In this document: positions 1 to 13,020 of the stretch, in pieces | How the letters are laid out: each line of letters begins with the position of its first letter | Position numbering within the stretch: the first letter of the stretch is position 1 | Assembly: GCA_977017645.1 (NCBI GenBank) | Contig: OZ360222.1 | Span: 211,296,001 to 211,360,000, forward strand | DNA from: Torpedo marmorata | Taxonomy: Eukaryota | Length of the DNA stretch: 64,000 bases | Direction: 5' to 3' | Position numbers and translations under genes: made by a program | The notes under the pieces: generated by a model | What the model was told of the DNA's origin: nothing | Seen by the model: the letters and a program-made list of their open reading frames with translations, nothing else | Databases searched by the model: none

Positions 1-2940
1 ACTCTTTAAAAAAAAATTATTCTAAATTAATTATATAAATCGGAGTCTTTGCAAGATGATAGTAAAATTGATGGATATTTATTACAGATAAATTTACCAA
101 GATTAAATATGCAAGAGCAGCTAGAATTGAGTACCCAGTTTACACAGAAAGAAGTGAAAGATGCAATGAGCTCATTGGAAAGTAATAAAGCACCGGGAGA
201 AGATGGTTTTACACCAGAGTTTTATAAAGAGTTTAAAATACTATTATTTCCTGTCTTTATGGATATGTTACAACAGTGTAACAGAGTGTAATTCATACAC
301 TCCCGGAATCCTTCTCAACAGCAATAATTACAGTAATACCAAAGAAAGATAGAGATCCATTGAAACCTTCGTCTTATAGACCAATTTCATTATTAAATGC
401 AGACTGTAAAATTGTAGCTAAAATTTTGGCTAATAGGATAACTAAATTGTTACCTAAATTAGTAAACATGGATCAGACAGGTTTTATTAAAAAAAAGACA
501 AGCAGCTGACAATGTAGCAAGATTACTTAGTATTATTCATTTAACTCAAAAAAGAAAAGTACTAAGTGTTGCGGTGACATTAGATGCAGAAAAAGCATTT
601 GATAGATTGGAATGGGATTTTTTGTTTAAAATACTGGAGAAATTTGGATTTGGACAGACTTATATAAACTGGATTAAAGCATTATATAATGCTCCAAAAA
701 CTAAAGTAGTGACTAATGGTCAAATATCAACTCCGTTCTGTTTGACAAGGTCTAGTAGACAAGGATGCCCATTGTCACCAGCTTTATTTATATTAGCTAT
801 ATAACCACTTGCAGAGGCAATTAGAAGTGATTCGGAAATTAAGGGATTTAGAGTTGGCAAAGAACAACTATTTGCGGATGATGTTTTAATATATTTGACA
901 GAGCTATGAGACCTCTTTACAAAGATTACATTTTAGATTGGAAGAATATTGAAAAATCTCAGGTTATAAAATAAACTGGGACAAAAGTGAAATTATGCCC
1001 CATACAGAAGGAGACTATACTATATGTAAAAGAAATACTCAGTTTAAATGGCCGCATAATGGGATAAAATATTTAGGAATTCGAACAGATAATAATTTTT
1101 AAAATCTATATAAATGGAATTATTTACCATTACTTAAAAAGGTTAAAGAAGATTTGGAAAAATGGATGAATTTACCTATAACACTGATAGGAAGAGATAT
1201 TGTATTTAAATAAATATATTTCCAAGAATACAATATCTGTATCAAACCATACCTATTTTATTACCACAGGGTTTTTTTCAAGAGTTTAATAAACAAGTGA
1301 GAAAATTCCTTTGGAGAGGTAAAATGTCAAGAGTTTCTATAGAACGTTTAACATGGAAATATGAGTTAGGAGGTTTACAACTCCCTAACTTTAAAAATTA
1401 TTAGCGAGTGGGGAAAAACCTGCATGGGTTAAAATAGAGTTAGGAAAAATGGGAGAGAAAGTAGCTGAAGAATTTATATATAAATGGAACTCAAAAATTA
1501 TTGGTAGGAGTTAAAGAAACACCATTATTAAAACACTTGATTAATGCCTGGAACAAGATTAATGATGAGATAGGGACAAAAGTGACTATATCACCTAAAA
1601 CGCCATTGATACAGAACAATCTTATACTTTTTACAAAAGATAATCAATTTCTAAATATATGGTTACAGAAAGGAATCAAGAAGATAGAAGATTGTTATGA
1701 AGGAGGTCAATTGATGTTGTTTGCACAGTTAAGAAATAAATATGGAATACCGAATAATACTCTTTTTTGTTATTTTCAATTAAAAGGATATTTAAGGGAA
1801 AAACTAGGTTCAGATATGCCGATACAAAATTGTAGTGAAGTGGAAACTCTTATTAGGAAAGGAAATACTAGAAAATGTACTTCTATAATATACTCCTTGT
1901 TACAAAGAGGAGCACTTAAACAAGGACTTCATAAATCTAGACAGAGATGGGAACAGGATCTTAATGTAACAATTGTTGAAAAAAGATGGTCAGATTTATG
2001 TCAAGATAGCATGACCAACACTATTAATGTAAGATATGGATTAGTACAGTACAATCTTTTACACCAATTATATCTTACACCGCAAAAATTGAATAAAATG
2101 AAATCTGCATTATCAAATAAGTGTTTTAGATGTGGTGAAGTAGTGGGAACTTTTTTACATTCAACTTAGTTATGCTCCAAGGTAAGACCCTTCTGGGTAG
2201 AATGAGGGAATTTGTTAAAACAAATTACGGGTGTTACACTCCCACAAAACCCTGATTTATTTTTATTAGGGAATGTTGAAGGAACTAGACCAAAATTGAA
2301 GTTATCAATATATCAATTGAAATTTGTTAAAATTGCTTTAGCGGTAGCGAGGAAGTGTATAGCAGTAACTTGGAAATCAGATACAAATTTAGGTATGGAA
2401 AGATGGAATACAGAGATGCAGAGTTGTATTCCATTGGAAAAAATAAAATATAATATGAGAAATAAATATGGGGTATTTTTGCAAATTTGGCATCCATATA
2501 TTCAGACATTAGGTATAAATATGTAAATGTGTTATTCCATATCCTAGGTCTTTCTGACTCTCTCAAACTTAAATAATAAAAATACTGTTGAAAACCTTGC
2601 GTCGAACTGTGAATGCCCGGGCGATCCATTTGGATGTCTTTTATAAGTAATATTATATTACTTTCTTTTTCCTTCTTTCTTTTTTAGTTTTTAGGAAGGG
2701 GAGGGAATTTAAGGGGAGGGAATGGGTGGAGGGTGGGATTAGAAATATTAAGTAATAATTTTAATTTGAAATGTTTGAAAAATGTTATAAGGGTTTGGTG
2801 GGGTTAAGGGAAGGGGTAGATACACTATGTAATACAATATAACTATAAAAGATATTTCAGAAGTTAACAATGTATATTATTCATGTATATATTACTGTGT
2901 GAAAACTTAAAATTTAAAATAAAATATTCACAAAAAAAAA
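1..2940 (+). mobile_element. L1-clade LINE, degraded ORF2 plus 3' UTR and poly(A); 5' part lies outside the window; inserted in a Gypsy pol gene
   Basis: Fragmented ORFs with KAPGEDGF, LDAEKAFDR, RQGCPLSP, FADD and C-terminal CFRC..H; G-rich 3' UTR; AATAAA then an A-run ending 2940, after which Gypsy integrase sequence starts. Confidence 0.95.
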
Positions 2941-3438
2941 GAGCTGAGTGTTGTCAATGGGCTTCTACTCAGACAGAGCAGAATTATCATTCCTCAATCA
3001 CTGCAACAAGAGATGCTGAAAAGGTTGCATGAGGGGCACCTTGGATTGGAAAAATGCAAGAGGAGGGCCAGAACTGCTGTTTATTGGCCAGGGATAAATG
3101 CTGACATTGACAGGATGGTTCCAAGCTGTAAGACCTGTTTGAAACATCACGCAAAGCAGACAAAGGAACCCATGATCATAACTGACTACCAGCAGAACCA
3201 TGGCAGAAAGTTGGGACTCATCTGTTCCACAGGGATGGAAAGAATTACTTGCTGGTTATTCACTATCTATCGAACTATCCGAATCAGAATAAGAATTTAT
3301 TGTCATGAACAAGTCATGAAATTCGGTGCTTTGCGGCTACATCATAGTGCAATTAACTTTCACATTATAACCAGCTTACAACATTACTATAAAAAATTAT
3401 AAATAATAGTGCACGAAAAGTAAGGCAGTGTCTTTGGT

Positions 3439-4704
3439 TCATTGATTATTCAGGAATCTGATGGCAGCGGGGAAGAAGCTGTCCTTGTGCCGTTGAGCGC
3501 TCGTCTTTAGGCTCCTGTACCTTTTTCCCGATGGTAGCAGAGTGAAGAGGGCATGGCCTGGGTGGTGGGGGTCTTTGAGGATAGAGGCTGCTTTTTTAAG
3601 ACACCGCCTCATGTTGATGTCCTCGATGGAGTGACGTTTGGTGCCTGTGATGTCACAGGCCGAGTTAACAACCATCTGGAGTTTATTCTTGTCCTGAGAG
3701 TTGGCGCCTCCATACCAGGCAGTGATGCAACCAGCCAGAATGCTCTCCACGGTACACCTATAGACGTTTACGAGAGTCTTCGGTGATATACCGAATCTCC
3801 TCAGACACCTCACAAAGTATAGCCGCTGGCGAGCCTTCTTTATGATTGCATCAACGTGGAGGCTCCAGGACAGATCCTCGGAGATGTTGACACCCAGGAA
3901 TTTGAAGTTCTTGACCCTCTCCACTACTGAGCCCTCGATGAGGACTGGGTCGTGTTCCCCTGACTTCCTCCTGAAGTCCACAATCATCTCCTTGGTTTTG
4001 CTGACGTTGAGCTCAAGGTTGTTGTCGTTACACCATTCAATGAGCTGATCTATTTCCCTCCTGTACGCTTCCTCATTGCCGTTTGTGATTCTGCCGACAA
4101 CTGTGGTGTCATCGGCAAACTTGTCGATGGCATTGGAATTGTGCCTGGCCACACAGTCATGGGTGTATAACGAGTAGAGCAGTGGACTAAGCACGCATCC
4201 TTGGGGTGCGCATGTGTTGATAATCAGTGAGGAGGAGACGTTGTTTCCAATTCGTACTGACTGTGGTCTTCCGATGAGAAAGTCAAGGATCCATTTGCAG
4301 AGTGGGGTACAGAGGCCTAGAGTTTGTAGCTTCTTGACCAGCACTGAGGGAATAATGGTATAGAAGGCCGAGTTGTAGTCGATGAAGAGCAGCTGTATGT
4401 ATGAAATGCTGTTTTCGAGGTGATCCAGAGCTGAGTGGGGAGCCAGCGATATTGCATCTGCTGTGGAGCGATTGTGACGATAGGCGAATTGCAGTGGGTC
4501 CAGATCTTTGCTTAGGTCCATGTTAATTCTGGCCATGACCAGCCTCTGAAAGCATTTCATCACAGTAGAAGTTAGTGCTACTGGGCGGTAGTCGTTGAGG
4601 CAGCCCACACTACTCTTTTTGGGTACCGGGATGATTGATGCCCTTTTGAAGCAGGTGGGAACCTCTGACTGCCGCAATGAGAGGTTGAAAATGTCCGTGA
4701 ACAC
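3439..4704 (-). CDS. Rex1-type reverse transcriptase, open fragment
   Basis: 421-aa ORF with [25 protein letters not shown] and C-terminal [13 protein letters not shown]. Confidence 0.85.
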   Translation of the reverse strand: MFTDIFNLSLRQSEVPTCFKRASIIPVPKKSSVGCLNDYRPVALTSTVMKCFQRLVMARINMDLSKDLDPLQFAYRHNRSTADAISLAPHSALDHLENSISYIQLLFIDYNSAFYTIIPSVLVKKLQTLGLCTPLCKWILDFLIGRPQSVRIGNNVSSSLIINTCAPQGCVLSPLLYSLYTHDCVARHNSNAIDKFADDTTVVGRITNGNEEAYRREIDQLIEWCNDNNLELNVSKTKEMIVDFRRKSGEHDPVLIEGSVVERVKNFKFLGVNISEDLSWSLHVDAIIKKARQRLYFVRCLRRFGISPKTLVNVYRCTVESILAGCITAWYGGANSQDKNKLQMVVNSACDITGTKRHSIEDINMRRCLKKAASILKDPHHPGHALFTLLPSGKRYRSLKTSAQRHKDSFFPAAIRFLNNQ

Positions 4705-5536
4705 TCCGGCTAGTTGGTTGGCGCAGATTTTCAGTACCCTGCCAGTACGCCGTCAGGGCCTGACGCCTTGCGAGGGTTCACCCTCTTGAATGATGTTCTG
4801 ACGTCGCCCTCAGAGACATATATCATAGACATCTATAGTGTTTGCCCTCACTTTGTAGGCTGTAATGGCCTGCACTCCCTGCCATAGCTGGCGTGTATCT
4901 ATCTCTGTCTCTACCTTCCTCCAGAATTGCCACTTTGCTTCAGATATGGCCTTCCGCAGGTCGTGCCTGGACTTCTTGTAAAGATCCCAGTCCCCGGCCT
5001 TAAACGCCCTTGTTCTCGTCCTTAGCAGGTTGCGAATTCTCTGATTCATCCAGGGCTTCCGGTTGGGGAACACCCGGTATTTGCGCGTGGGCACACACTC
5101 ATCCACGCTGGTCTTGATGAAGTCGGTGACAGCTGTTGCATATTCATTCAGGTCTATGGATGAGTTCTTGAATATGTTCCAGTCCACCGATTCAAAGCAG
5201 TCCTGCAGACGCTCCTCCGCCCCCCTCGACCATACTTTCACCGTCCTCACCACTGATGCTGTGGTCTTCGTCTCTGCTTGTACGCCAGGAGTAGAAGTAC
5301 AGCCAGGTGATCAGACTTGCCGAAGTGCGGTCGTGGTATGGCTCGGTATGCGTTCTTCACGGTGGTGTAGTAGTGGTCGAGTGTGTTGGTTCCCCTGGTC
5401 TCGCATGTGATGTGTTGATGGTAGTTTGTCAGTGAATTCTTCAAATTGACCTGATTGAAGTCTCCCGCAATGATCGGGAAGGCATCAGGATGTGCGGTCT
5501 CATGGCTGTTTATCACAGTGCTCAGTCCCTCCAGTG

Positions 5537-5570
5537 CCTGAGTTTCTCCAGCATTTGTGTTTTTTACTTT
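5537..5570 (+). mobile_element. 34-bp Penelope terminal-repeat fragment inserted in the Rex1 endonuclease
   Basis: 5538-5569 is identical to 28073-28104; removing it restores VYIPPQANVRL-ALEGL. Confidence 0.8.
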
Positions 5571-6360
5571 CCAGCCTGACGTTAGCCTGGGGTGGAATGT
5601 ACACTGCGACTAGGATGATGGCGGTGAACTCCCTCGGCAGTTAGAATTGGCGACACTTGATCGCCAGATGTTCCAGGTCGGGGGAGCAGGACTGGGACAT
5701 GACCGTCACTTCTGTGCACCACGATGAATTGATGATGGCACAAACGCCGCCTCCCCTGGTTTTTCTAGACACCGGTCTTCGTTCAGCGCGATGGAGGGTG
5801 TATATGTCCGGAATGTCCGCGTTTAGCCACGTTTCTGTAAAGCACATCACGCAGCACTCCCTGATGACTCTCTGATGTTGAAGTCTGGCTTGGAGTTCAT
5901 CAAGTTTGTTCTCCAAGGATTGTACATTGGCCAGGAGGATGGTAGGGAGCGGAAGCTGCAGGTCCCCGCGTCTCAGCTTGACCTGTAGCCCCCCTCTACG
6001 TCCACGTGGTCGGGTCTTCTTTACCTGGCGCGTGGGTCCGCTGCTGGTAGTTACCGCTGTTTTTAAATGGTCCGTGCGCTGTCCCTTTAAATCCTTTGCG
6101 ATGTGTAAGTGTGCTGAGTGCCTGCGACTCCCGCGAAGTTTAAATGGCCCGTTCTCTTGCTGTTTAAAAGTCCCGCGGTGTTGTTGTTATACTTGCGTGA
6201 GCTGTTTAATGGTCCTGCGGCCCGACGGACACTGCCAATTCTGCCGATTCCAAGGTCTGCCAGAGATCTTTGTTCATCCACGTTGTCGGGTAAGTTTGAT
6301 TTTATGTTTCTTGTTTTTTGTTTGATTTTTAGAAGTTCTGAACGGGAATATTTGATTATT

Positions 6361-7146
6361 CCTGAGATGGCGCTGGTTCCTAACATGTCTGCTGCTTGTG
6401 TGATCATATATATGAAATCGATCTTTGCAATACATGGGATTCCTCAAATCGTCTACAGTGACAATGGACCATGCTACAGTTGTAGAGAATTCCAGAACTT
6501 TGCAGAAGAGTATGATTTTCGACATGTGACTTCAAGTCCTCTGCATTCCCATTCAAACAGTAAAGCAGAGAAAGGAGTTCACATAGTTAAACAGCTGCTC
6601 AAGAAAGCACAAGACAGTGGCTCAGATCCTTATTTAGCTCTGTTGAGTTACCGAGCTTCACCACTTGAACATGGCATGTCACCCGCTGAGCTCCTGATGG
6701 GATGTAGAATATGCACAACACTTCCCTACTCTGCAGACCCAAACAAGAACAGAGATGTCGAATGGAAACAAAAGTGTCTGCAAAGGAGACAAAAAGCAAA
6801 CTATGACAAGTCAGCAAGAAGCTTAGAGCCACTGGCACAACATGACACAGTGAGACTCAGAGATTCCAACACCTGGGACAAGAAGGCCACTGTTCTGGAG
6901 GAAGTAAATCCAAGATCCTACACTCTCAGAACAGAGGATGGTCAAATACTGAGACGGAATCGAAAGAGCCTGCTGAAAACGCAAGAGACACTGCAAGAAC
7001 AGACAAATGCAGAAGGTCCAGCCTGCACAGCAACAGAGGAAACACCACCAGTGCTAGACAGTAGTGGACCAGCAGAGCTGACACATGCACCTGCGTTGAG
7101 AAGATCCACACGCGTTATCAAAGCACCTGACAGGCTGAATCTGTAA
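6361..7146 (+). pseudogene. Gypsy integrase catalytic core and C-terminus
   Basis: HGIPQIVYSDNGPCY, HVTSSPLH, LALLSYRASP, SPAELLMG, PRSY, LRRNR, ending LRRSTRVIKAPDRLNL. Confidence 0.92.
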
Positions 7147-7278
7147 AAGAAAAAGAACTGCACACTTAAAAGATTGTGCTGCAGATGTTTGTGTTTATGT
7201 TTGTGTTTAGCTTTAAATTGAAATGAACACTGTATTAGTGTGTCATGTTGCTAGATTGAATATCTTAAGGAAAGGGGA

Positions 7279-7451
7279 TGTGGTGATAGAGTGCTAGTGA
7301 TACTCCTGACCACTAGAGGGAGTCAGAGATTAATGTTGCAGTTCAGGTTAGATGAAGAACATGGCTGCACCACGAGGTTGTGAGTTGTTAATAAAATATT
7401 GTTAATACCAAAAGAACCCAAGTTTCTTTATTACTTAAAAGAAACATCACA
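7279..7451 (+). repeat. Gypsy 3' LTR (173 bp)
   Basis: TGTGGTG...CATCACA termini directly after the PPT; AATAAA at 7390. Confidence 0.8.
7310..7322 (+). promoter_or_regulatory. CTCF-like motif in LTR
   Basis: CCACTAGAGGGAG resembles the CTCF core CCASYAGRKGGC. Confidence 0.45.
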
Positions 7452-7522
7452 GTAGGTGAGTTGAAATGGTTAGCCACTGGGAGTTCTAACTTGGACCACA
7501 GACAGAGCACAGGTGCTTGGCG
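7452..7522 (-). mobile_element. Penelope-like GIY-YIG fragment, probable Gypsy insertion target
   Basis: Reverse strand reads FAKHLCSV..ELPVANHFNS with a frameshift. Confidence 0.6.
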
Positions 7523-8819
7523 ATGAATCCTGACATAGACCGGCAGAATAATGCTTCCATTCATGTATATATTGTGCAGCAGTCAAATAACTATTAAATG
7601 AAACATGTAAGGCAATAGGGTTTGGTATTATAGTCTCAGCTTTATTGTTGATGTTTCAAATAAAAATTTTAAATGCAGATATTCCAGTCAACAAGAAAAT
7701 AAAGCAGCAGAGAATTTAAACAGTATGAAGAGAAATGTAAACAGATTAAACATCAGCTCCCTGAATCATCAGAAGTGAAAGCAATGGATATTACAAGCCA
7801 ATATCTCTGACACACAAGCAAGTTTGATCTGCAGGATTTAAATAATGCTATTGCCAAGCACTTACTGGTAGCAATTTCTCTCAAGGTCATTCAGGTCCCT
7901 ACTTGCTTCCCCATTAGTTCATGCAGGGATATAAGGTGTCTGAAAATGCAAGCATATGAATAACTGGGTGAAGTACTAAAAATGGATTATTGTAGATTTG
8001 ATGGTGTAGCTGAGTCAATTCAAGAGGAATTCTGTTTAACAAAAGTGAGGACCCTGTTACCTTTTACCAGAGTTCAGACAAAAAGATAATTATGAATGAG
8101 GAAAGCTGTTTCACCCTTGTTAATATGTCAATCTAGAATGACTCAATTATTTCCTGGTCTATTCTTGGGTTATTGACACCACCTCTCAATCAAGAGATTT
8201 ATTTATAGCGTTAATCATCACACATTGCTTGAAAGTAGGAGTATGGAGGAAGGCAGAATGTTTTGAAATTTATTTTTGAATGTTTCATGAAAACTTTTCT
8301 TTCAAAAGTTTGGGAAGACAAGGAAACAAAAAAGATATTCCATTGAGGATTAAAACGTACCATTAAATATTGTGTAAATGCCAGTAACCTGCTGCTGAAA
8401 TCATTATGGACAGAGAGAGACTTCCACCTAACATTAAAGGAACTAACCAGAATTATGGCAAAAGAAGCAACTTGAGGTTCTACTCACAAACCTCAGGAAG
8501 CCATCATGCAGGGTTTCCACTCGTCCAATCACAGGCCAGTTCAAATTTACAGAAATAGTTGAGGAATGGTAAATGATTCAATGACACACATTCCTGAACT
8601 AAGGATTCTGAGGAACAGGATTTACAGCTTCTAACAGATAACAATATGAAGCAGAAATTCCAATTATTATCCCTAGCAAGATCAGAACCAGTCATACAGG
8701 CATAATAAGAGAAACAATTATGGTAGTAGTGAAGGGAATCAGAGAGATTATAAACAAAAGATTGCTTAAAAGTCAATGAAGCGAAAATGATCACACTTCG
8801 AATACAATGTTGTGACCTT

Positions 8820-9168
8820 GAAAGGGTGGATATTCAAGTATGTTTCTTCTTGTGGGAGAATCTAGAATTAGGGGTCTACATTGAAAAATAAGTAGTTGCC
8901 CATTTAAGACAAATAAGGGGAAATTCTTTCTCTCATAAGGTTGTAAATTTGGGATTCACTTCCTTAAAGATGGTGCAAGAAAACACCTTGAATATGTTTT
9001 TAATAGAGAGGTCAATAGGCTCTCAGTAAGCAAAGAGGTGAACCGTCACTGAGGATAGATGGCTACAATCAGACTAGCCTTATTAAATGGTGGAGCAGGT
9101 TTAGAGCCATAGACCGACAGAAAAATTGCAGCACAGAAACACTGTGCGGTAATGTTCTATGTTCTATG
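8820..9168 (+). mobile_element. Old CR1-type LINE 3' remnants
   Basis: GGAGAATCTAGAATTAGGGG...CCATTTAAGAC...TTAAATGGTGGAGCAGG and a TTCTATG repeat tail. Confidence 0.55.
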
Positions 9169-9498
9169 ACATTAATGGAATGGGTTCCATTCTATTTAAG
9201 CAGCTACCTTGAAGATAGTGGGCCAGAATATTCTTAAGGGTATAAAACGAAGATGGAGCAGGACTTCTGCTCACTGTTGATCTTGTCATTGACACCACAG
9301 TAAATTGCAGTTAGCCCAGTGTTGCTGTTCTGGATGGAAGCCTGTGACACTTCATTCACAAAAGGAGTGAGGGAAGTAATTCAGCTTCTGAATTTTGAAG
9401 GAGCACTTGTGTACCCAAAGACTTGGGTAATGGCTCCAAGTTTTAGAAATCCTTCATCTGACATTAGTTTCTCAATGGACTCAGTACAAATGTGATGT

Positions 9499-9825
9499 TG
9501 TAGTGCGCTGCGGCTGCGTTGAAAGGATCACACACACACACACACACACACGAGGTGAGTACAAGTGAGTCTGGTTTATTAGGGCTCTGGCTCTGCCTTA
9601 TATAGGGCCAGCCGGCCCGGAGAAACCCGCCTCTTCCGGCAGAGATGACGTCACCGACGGGCCGGCTGCTGATTGGTTGGTTTTCCCGCCGGTGCTCGTC
9701 GTTCCCTGCCGGTCGACTGGAGCTGCTGCAAGAAAGGCCATTTAGTCCATGTGGCCCTGGCGCGATCACCGAGTTCGACCGCCATTTTGTGCGGCGGGTC
9801 GCCGTTCAGTTCGCAAGCCGCTGCA
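9499..9825 (-). repeat. Gypsy 3' LTR (327 bp)
   Basis: Direct repeat of 15806-16122; G-rich PPT adjacent at 9826-9845; longer (CA)n tract. Confidence 0.93.
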
Positions 9826-11175
9826 TGACTCCCCCCCCACAGAACCGGCGATCGTGGCAGTGTCCTGTGCTTTCGGCGGCCTGCCTCTGCGCCGTGGGGC
9901 TGGTGCGTCTGTACCTTGGACGTCTGGCAGTGTGTGCAGGTTCTTGCCCACTGGCTGACTTGTTTCTGGTGACTGTGCCACACGAACCTGTGGCTACCAT
10001 CCTGACCGTGGTCCTGATGGACGGGTGCGCCAGGTTATGCACCGTGTCGAACGCTGGGCGTCTCCATGACGATGGGGCGGGGTTTACCTGTTGACATGTC
10101 GCAGAGTAGTGTCTGGTTGCCGAGCCCGATGGCGATGTCTTCCAGTTTAAGTGCTGTCACCGCCGCTCTGTACGCGGGGATCTCAGGGTCCTGCAGCTGT
10201 GCTTGGGCCAACGCTGTGAAGTCGACCCCTTGGGACAGTGCCTGTATCACCTGGATTGTAGGGCGTGATAAAGGGTCAGCCTCTACCTTAGTCTTTCCGG
10301 CGATATGCTGAATATCCGTGGTAAACTCAGATATATAGAACAGGTGCCTTTGTTGCCTGGCCGACCACGGGTCCAACACCTTGTTGAAGGCGAAGGTCAG
10401 TGGTTTGTGATCGGTGAAAATCGTGAACTGCCTACCCTCTAGGAAGTATCGGAAGTGTCGTACCGCTAGGTACAGGGCGAGCAGTTCCCGGTCGAAAGCA
10501 CTGTACTTGAGCTCGGGTGCCCGCAGATGCCTGCTGGAGAAAGCTAAAGGCTGCCATTGCCCGTCCACCTGTTGCTCAAGTACTCCCGCGACTGCTGTGT
10601 TGGAGGCATCTGTCGTGAGGGCGGTCGGGACGACTGTCCGCGGGTGCACCAGAAGCGTGGCATTGGCCCTCTGGAATGCTTCCGATGCTTCATTGTCCCA
10701 CTCCACCTCTTTTTTCTTGCCAGCCATCAAGGCGAATAGCGGGCGCATGAAACGGGCTGCCACCAGTATGAAACGGCGGTAAAAGTTGATAATACCGGCG
10801 AACTCCTGGAGGCCCTTCACCGTGTGTGGCTTGGTGAACCGCCTGACAGCCTCTACCTTCTCAGGTAGCGGTGTTGCCCCGTGTCTGTTAATCCTGTGGC
10901 CCAGGAAGTCGATAGTTTCTAGCCCGAATTGGCACTTGGCCAGGTTGATGGTCAGGCCGAAGTCTCTGAGGCGGGAGCACAGCTGCCGTATGTGCACCAT
11001 ATGTTCTTCGCGATTGCGGCTAGCCACCAGTATGTCATCGAGGTAGATGAAATTGAGGACCTGGCCCACCCTGTCCATCAACCTCTGGAACGTTTGAGCC
11101 GCGTTTTTTAGCCCAAAAGACATCCTTAGGAACTCAAACAAACCAAAGGGGATTATGATGGTGGTTTTAGCCACG

Positions 11176-12652
11176 GAAAGCTGCCGGGCCAGATAACATT
11201 CCAGGCAGAGTGCTCAGGGGATGTGTGGCCCAGCTGGCTGATGTTCTCACCGACATCTTTAACATCTCCCTGACCAGTGCCGTGGTTCCAACGTGCTTCA
11301 AAGCTGCTACCATCATCACCGTGCCAAAGAAGTCGACGGTGTCCTGCCTCAATGACTACCGCCCTGTCGCACTCACATCCACCGTCATGAAGTGCTTCGA
11401 GAGGCTCGCCATGAGGCACATCAAGCTTCTGCTGCCCCCCTCGCTGGACCCCCTGCAGTTCGCATATAGATCAAACCGCTCCACAGATGATGCCATCATT
11501 AACACCCTCCACCTAGCCCTTACCCACCTGGAAAATAAGGACGCGTATGTTCGAATGCTGTTTATTGATTTCAGCTCGGCATTCAACACGATCATACCTC
11601 AGTACCTGATAGGGAAGTTGAGGGGGCTGGGCCTAAACTACACCCTCTGTAATTGGATCCTAGACTTCCTGACGGGAAGACCTCAGGCAGTCCGGTTGGA
11701 AACAGCACTTCTAAGGTCATTACATTGAGCACGGGGGCTCTCCAGGGCTGTGTGCTTAGCCCATTGTTGTTCACCCTGCTGACTCATGACTGTGCAGCAA
11801 AACACAGCTCGAATCACATCATTAAGTTCGCTGATGATACGACTGTGGTGGGCCTTATCAGCAAGAACGATGAGTCAGCATACAGAGACGAGGTGCAGTC
11901 GCAAATGGAATGGTGCGGAACCAACAACCTGCATCTGAATGTAAACAAAACAAAAGAGTTGGTTGTAGACTTCAGAAGGGCCCAGGGGGATCATTCTCCA
12001 TTGACCATGGACGGCTCTTCCGTTGAGGTCGTAAAGAGTACCAAGTTTCTTGGAGTGCACTTGGCGGAGAGTCTCAGCTGGTCCCTCAACACCAGTTCCA
12101 TAGTCAAGAAAGCCCAGCAGCGTCTTTACTTCCTGCGAAGGCTGAGGAAAGTTCATCTCCCACCCACTATCCTTACTACATTCTACAGGGGATGCATTGA
12201 GAGTATTCTGAGCAATTGCATCACCGCTTGGTTTGGTAACTGTACCACCTCGGACCGAAAGACCCTGCAGAGGATAGTGGGGTCAGCGGAGAAAATTATT
12301 GGAGTCTCTCTCCCCACCATGACGGACATCTATCTACAACACACGATGCATGAGGAAGGCTAAAAACTTTGTGAAGGACTTATCACACCCCTTTGATAAA
12401 CTGTTGTCCCTTTTGCCATCTGGAAGGAGGTACCGAAGCACTCGGGCTCGTACGTCCAGACTATGCAACAGTTTTTTCCCCCAAGCCATCAGGCTCCTCA
12501 ATTCCTAGATATATATGTGTATTAGTATGTTATAGTTTTTCTATTGTATTATGATATTTATGTACCTCTGCCCATGGTCCTGGAGAAACGCTATCTCGCC
12601 TTACTGTGTATATGGTAATGAACGACAAATAAAGGTGACTTGACTTGACTTG
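11176..12652 (+). mobile_element. Rex1/Babar LINE subfamily B, 5'-truncated, in Gypsy RT
   Basis: RT motifs with frameshifts; AATAAAGGT(GACTT)n tail; Gypsy HPEDV|AKTTII rejoins across an ACG overlap. Confidence 0.93.
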
Positions 12653-13020
12653 ACGTCCTCGGGGTGGACCGGGATCTGGTGGTAGCCTCTGATGAGGTCA
12701 ACTTTGGAGAAGACCCGTGCCCCCTGTAAGTTTGCGGTGAAGTCCTGTATGTGGGGCACGGGGTATTGGTCTGGTGTGGTTGCCTCGTTCAGGCGCCGGT
12801 AGTCCCCGCACGGTCTCCACCCCCCTGCCACTTTCGGCACCATGTGTATGGGGGATGCCCAGGGGCTGTCAGACCTGCACATGATCCCCAGTTCCTCCAT
12901 CTTCTTCAACTCCTCTTTCGCTAAGCTCAGCTTTTCGGGGGGGAAGCGGCGTGCCCTAGGCTGGAGGGGAGGGCACTCGGTAAGGATGTGGTGTTGCACC
13001 CCGTGTTTGGGCCCGGCAGG

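Larger units (their letters stand above)
3281..6360 (-). mobile_element. Rex1/Babar LINE subfamily A, near full-length, disrupted
   Basis: N-terminal KYSRSELLKI; APE endonuclease (CFTETWL, RGGGV, GDFN, SDH); RT ([23 protein letters not shown]); (ATTCTG)-type tail at 3281-3296. Confidence 0.93.
2941..7451 (+). mobile_element. Ty3/Gypsy LTR retrotransposon, 3' part (integrase, PPT, 3' LTR), interrupted by a Rex1 LINE
   Basis: HHCC zinc finger HEGHLG..C..C (3013-3140); ..YLSNYP at 3280 resumes as PEMALV at 6361; core SDNGP and SNSKAEKGV; PPT AAGGAAAGGGGA 7267-7278. Confidence 0.93.

Noticed and set aside
6118-6360. N-terminal extension of the 342-aa integrase ORF
   Set aside because: It is the antisense strand of the inserted Rex1 5' end; integrase resumes at 6361.
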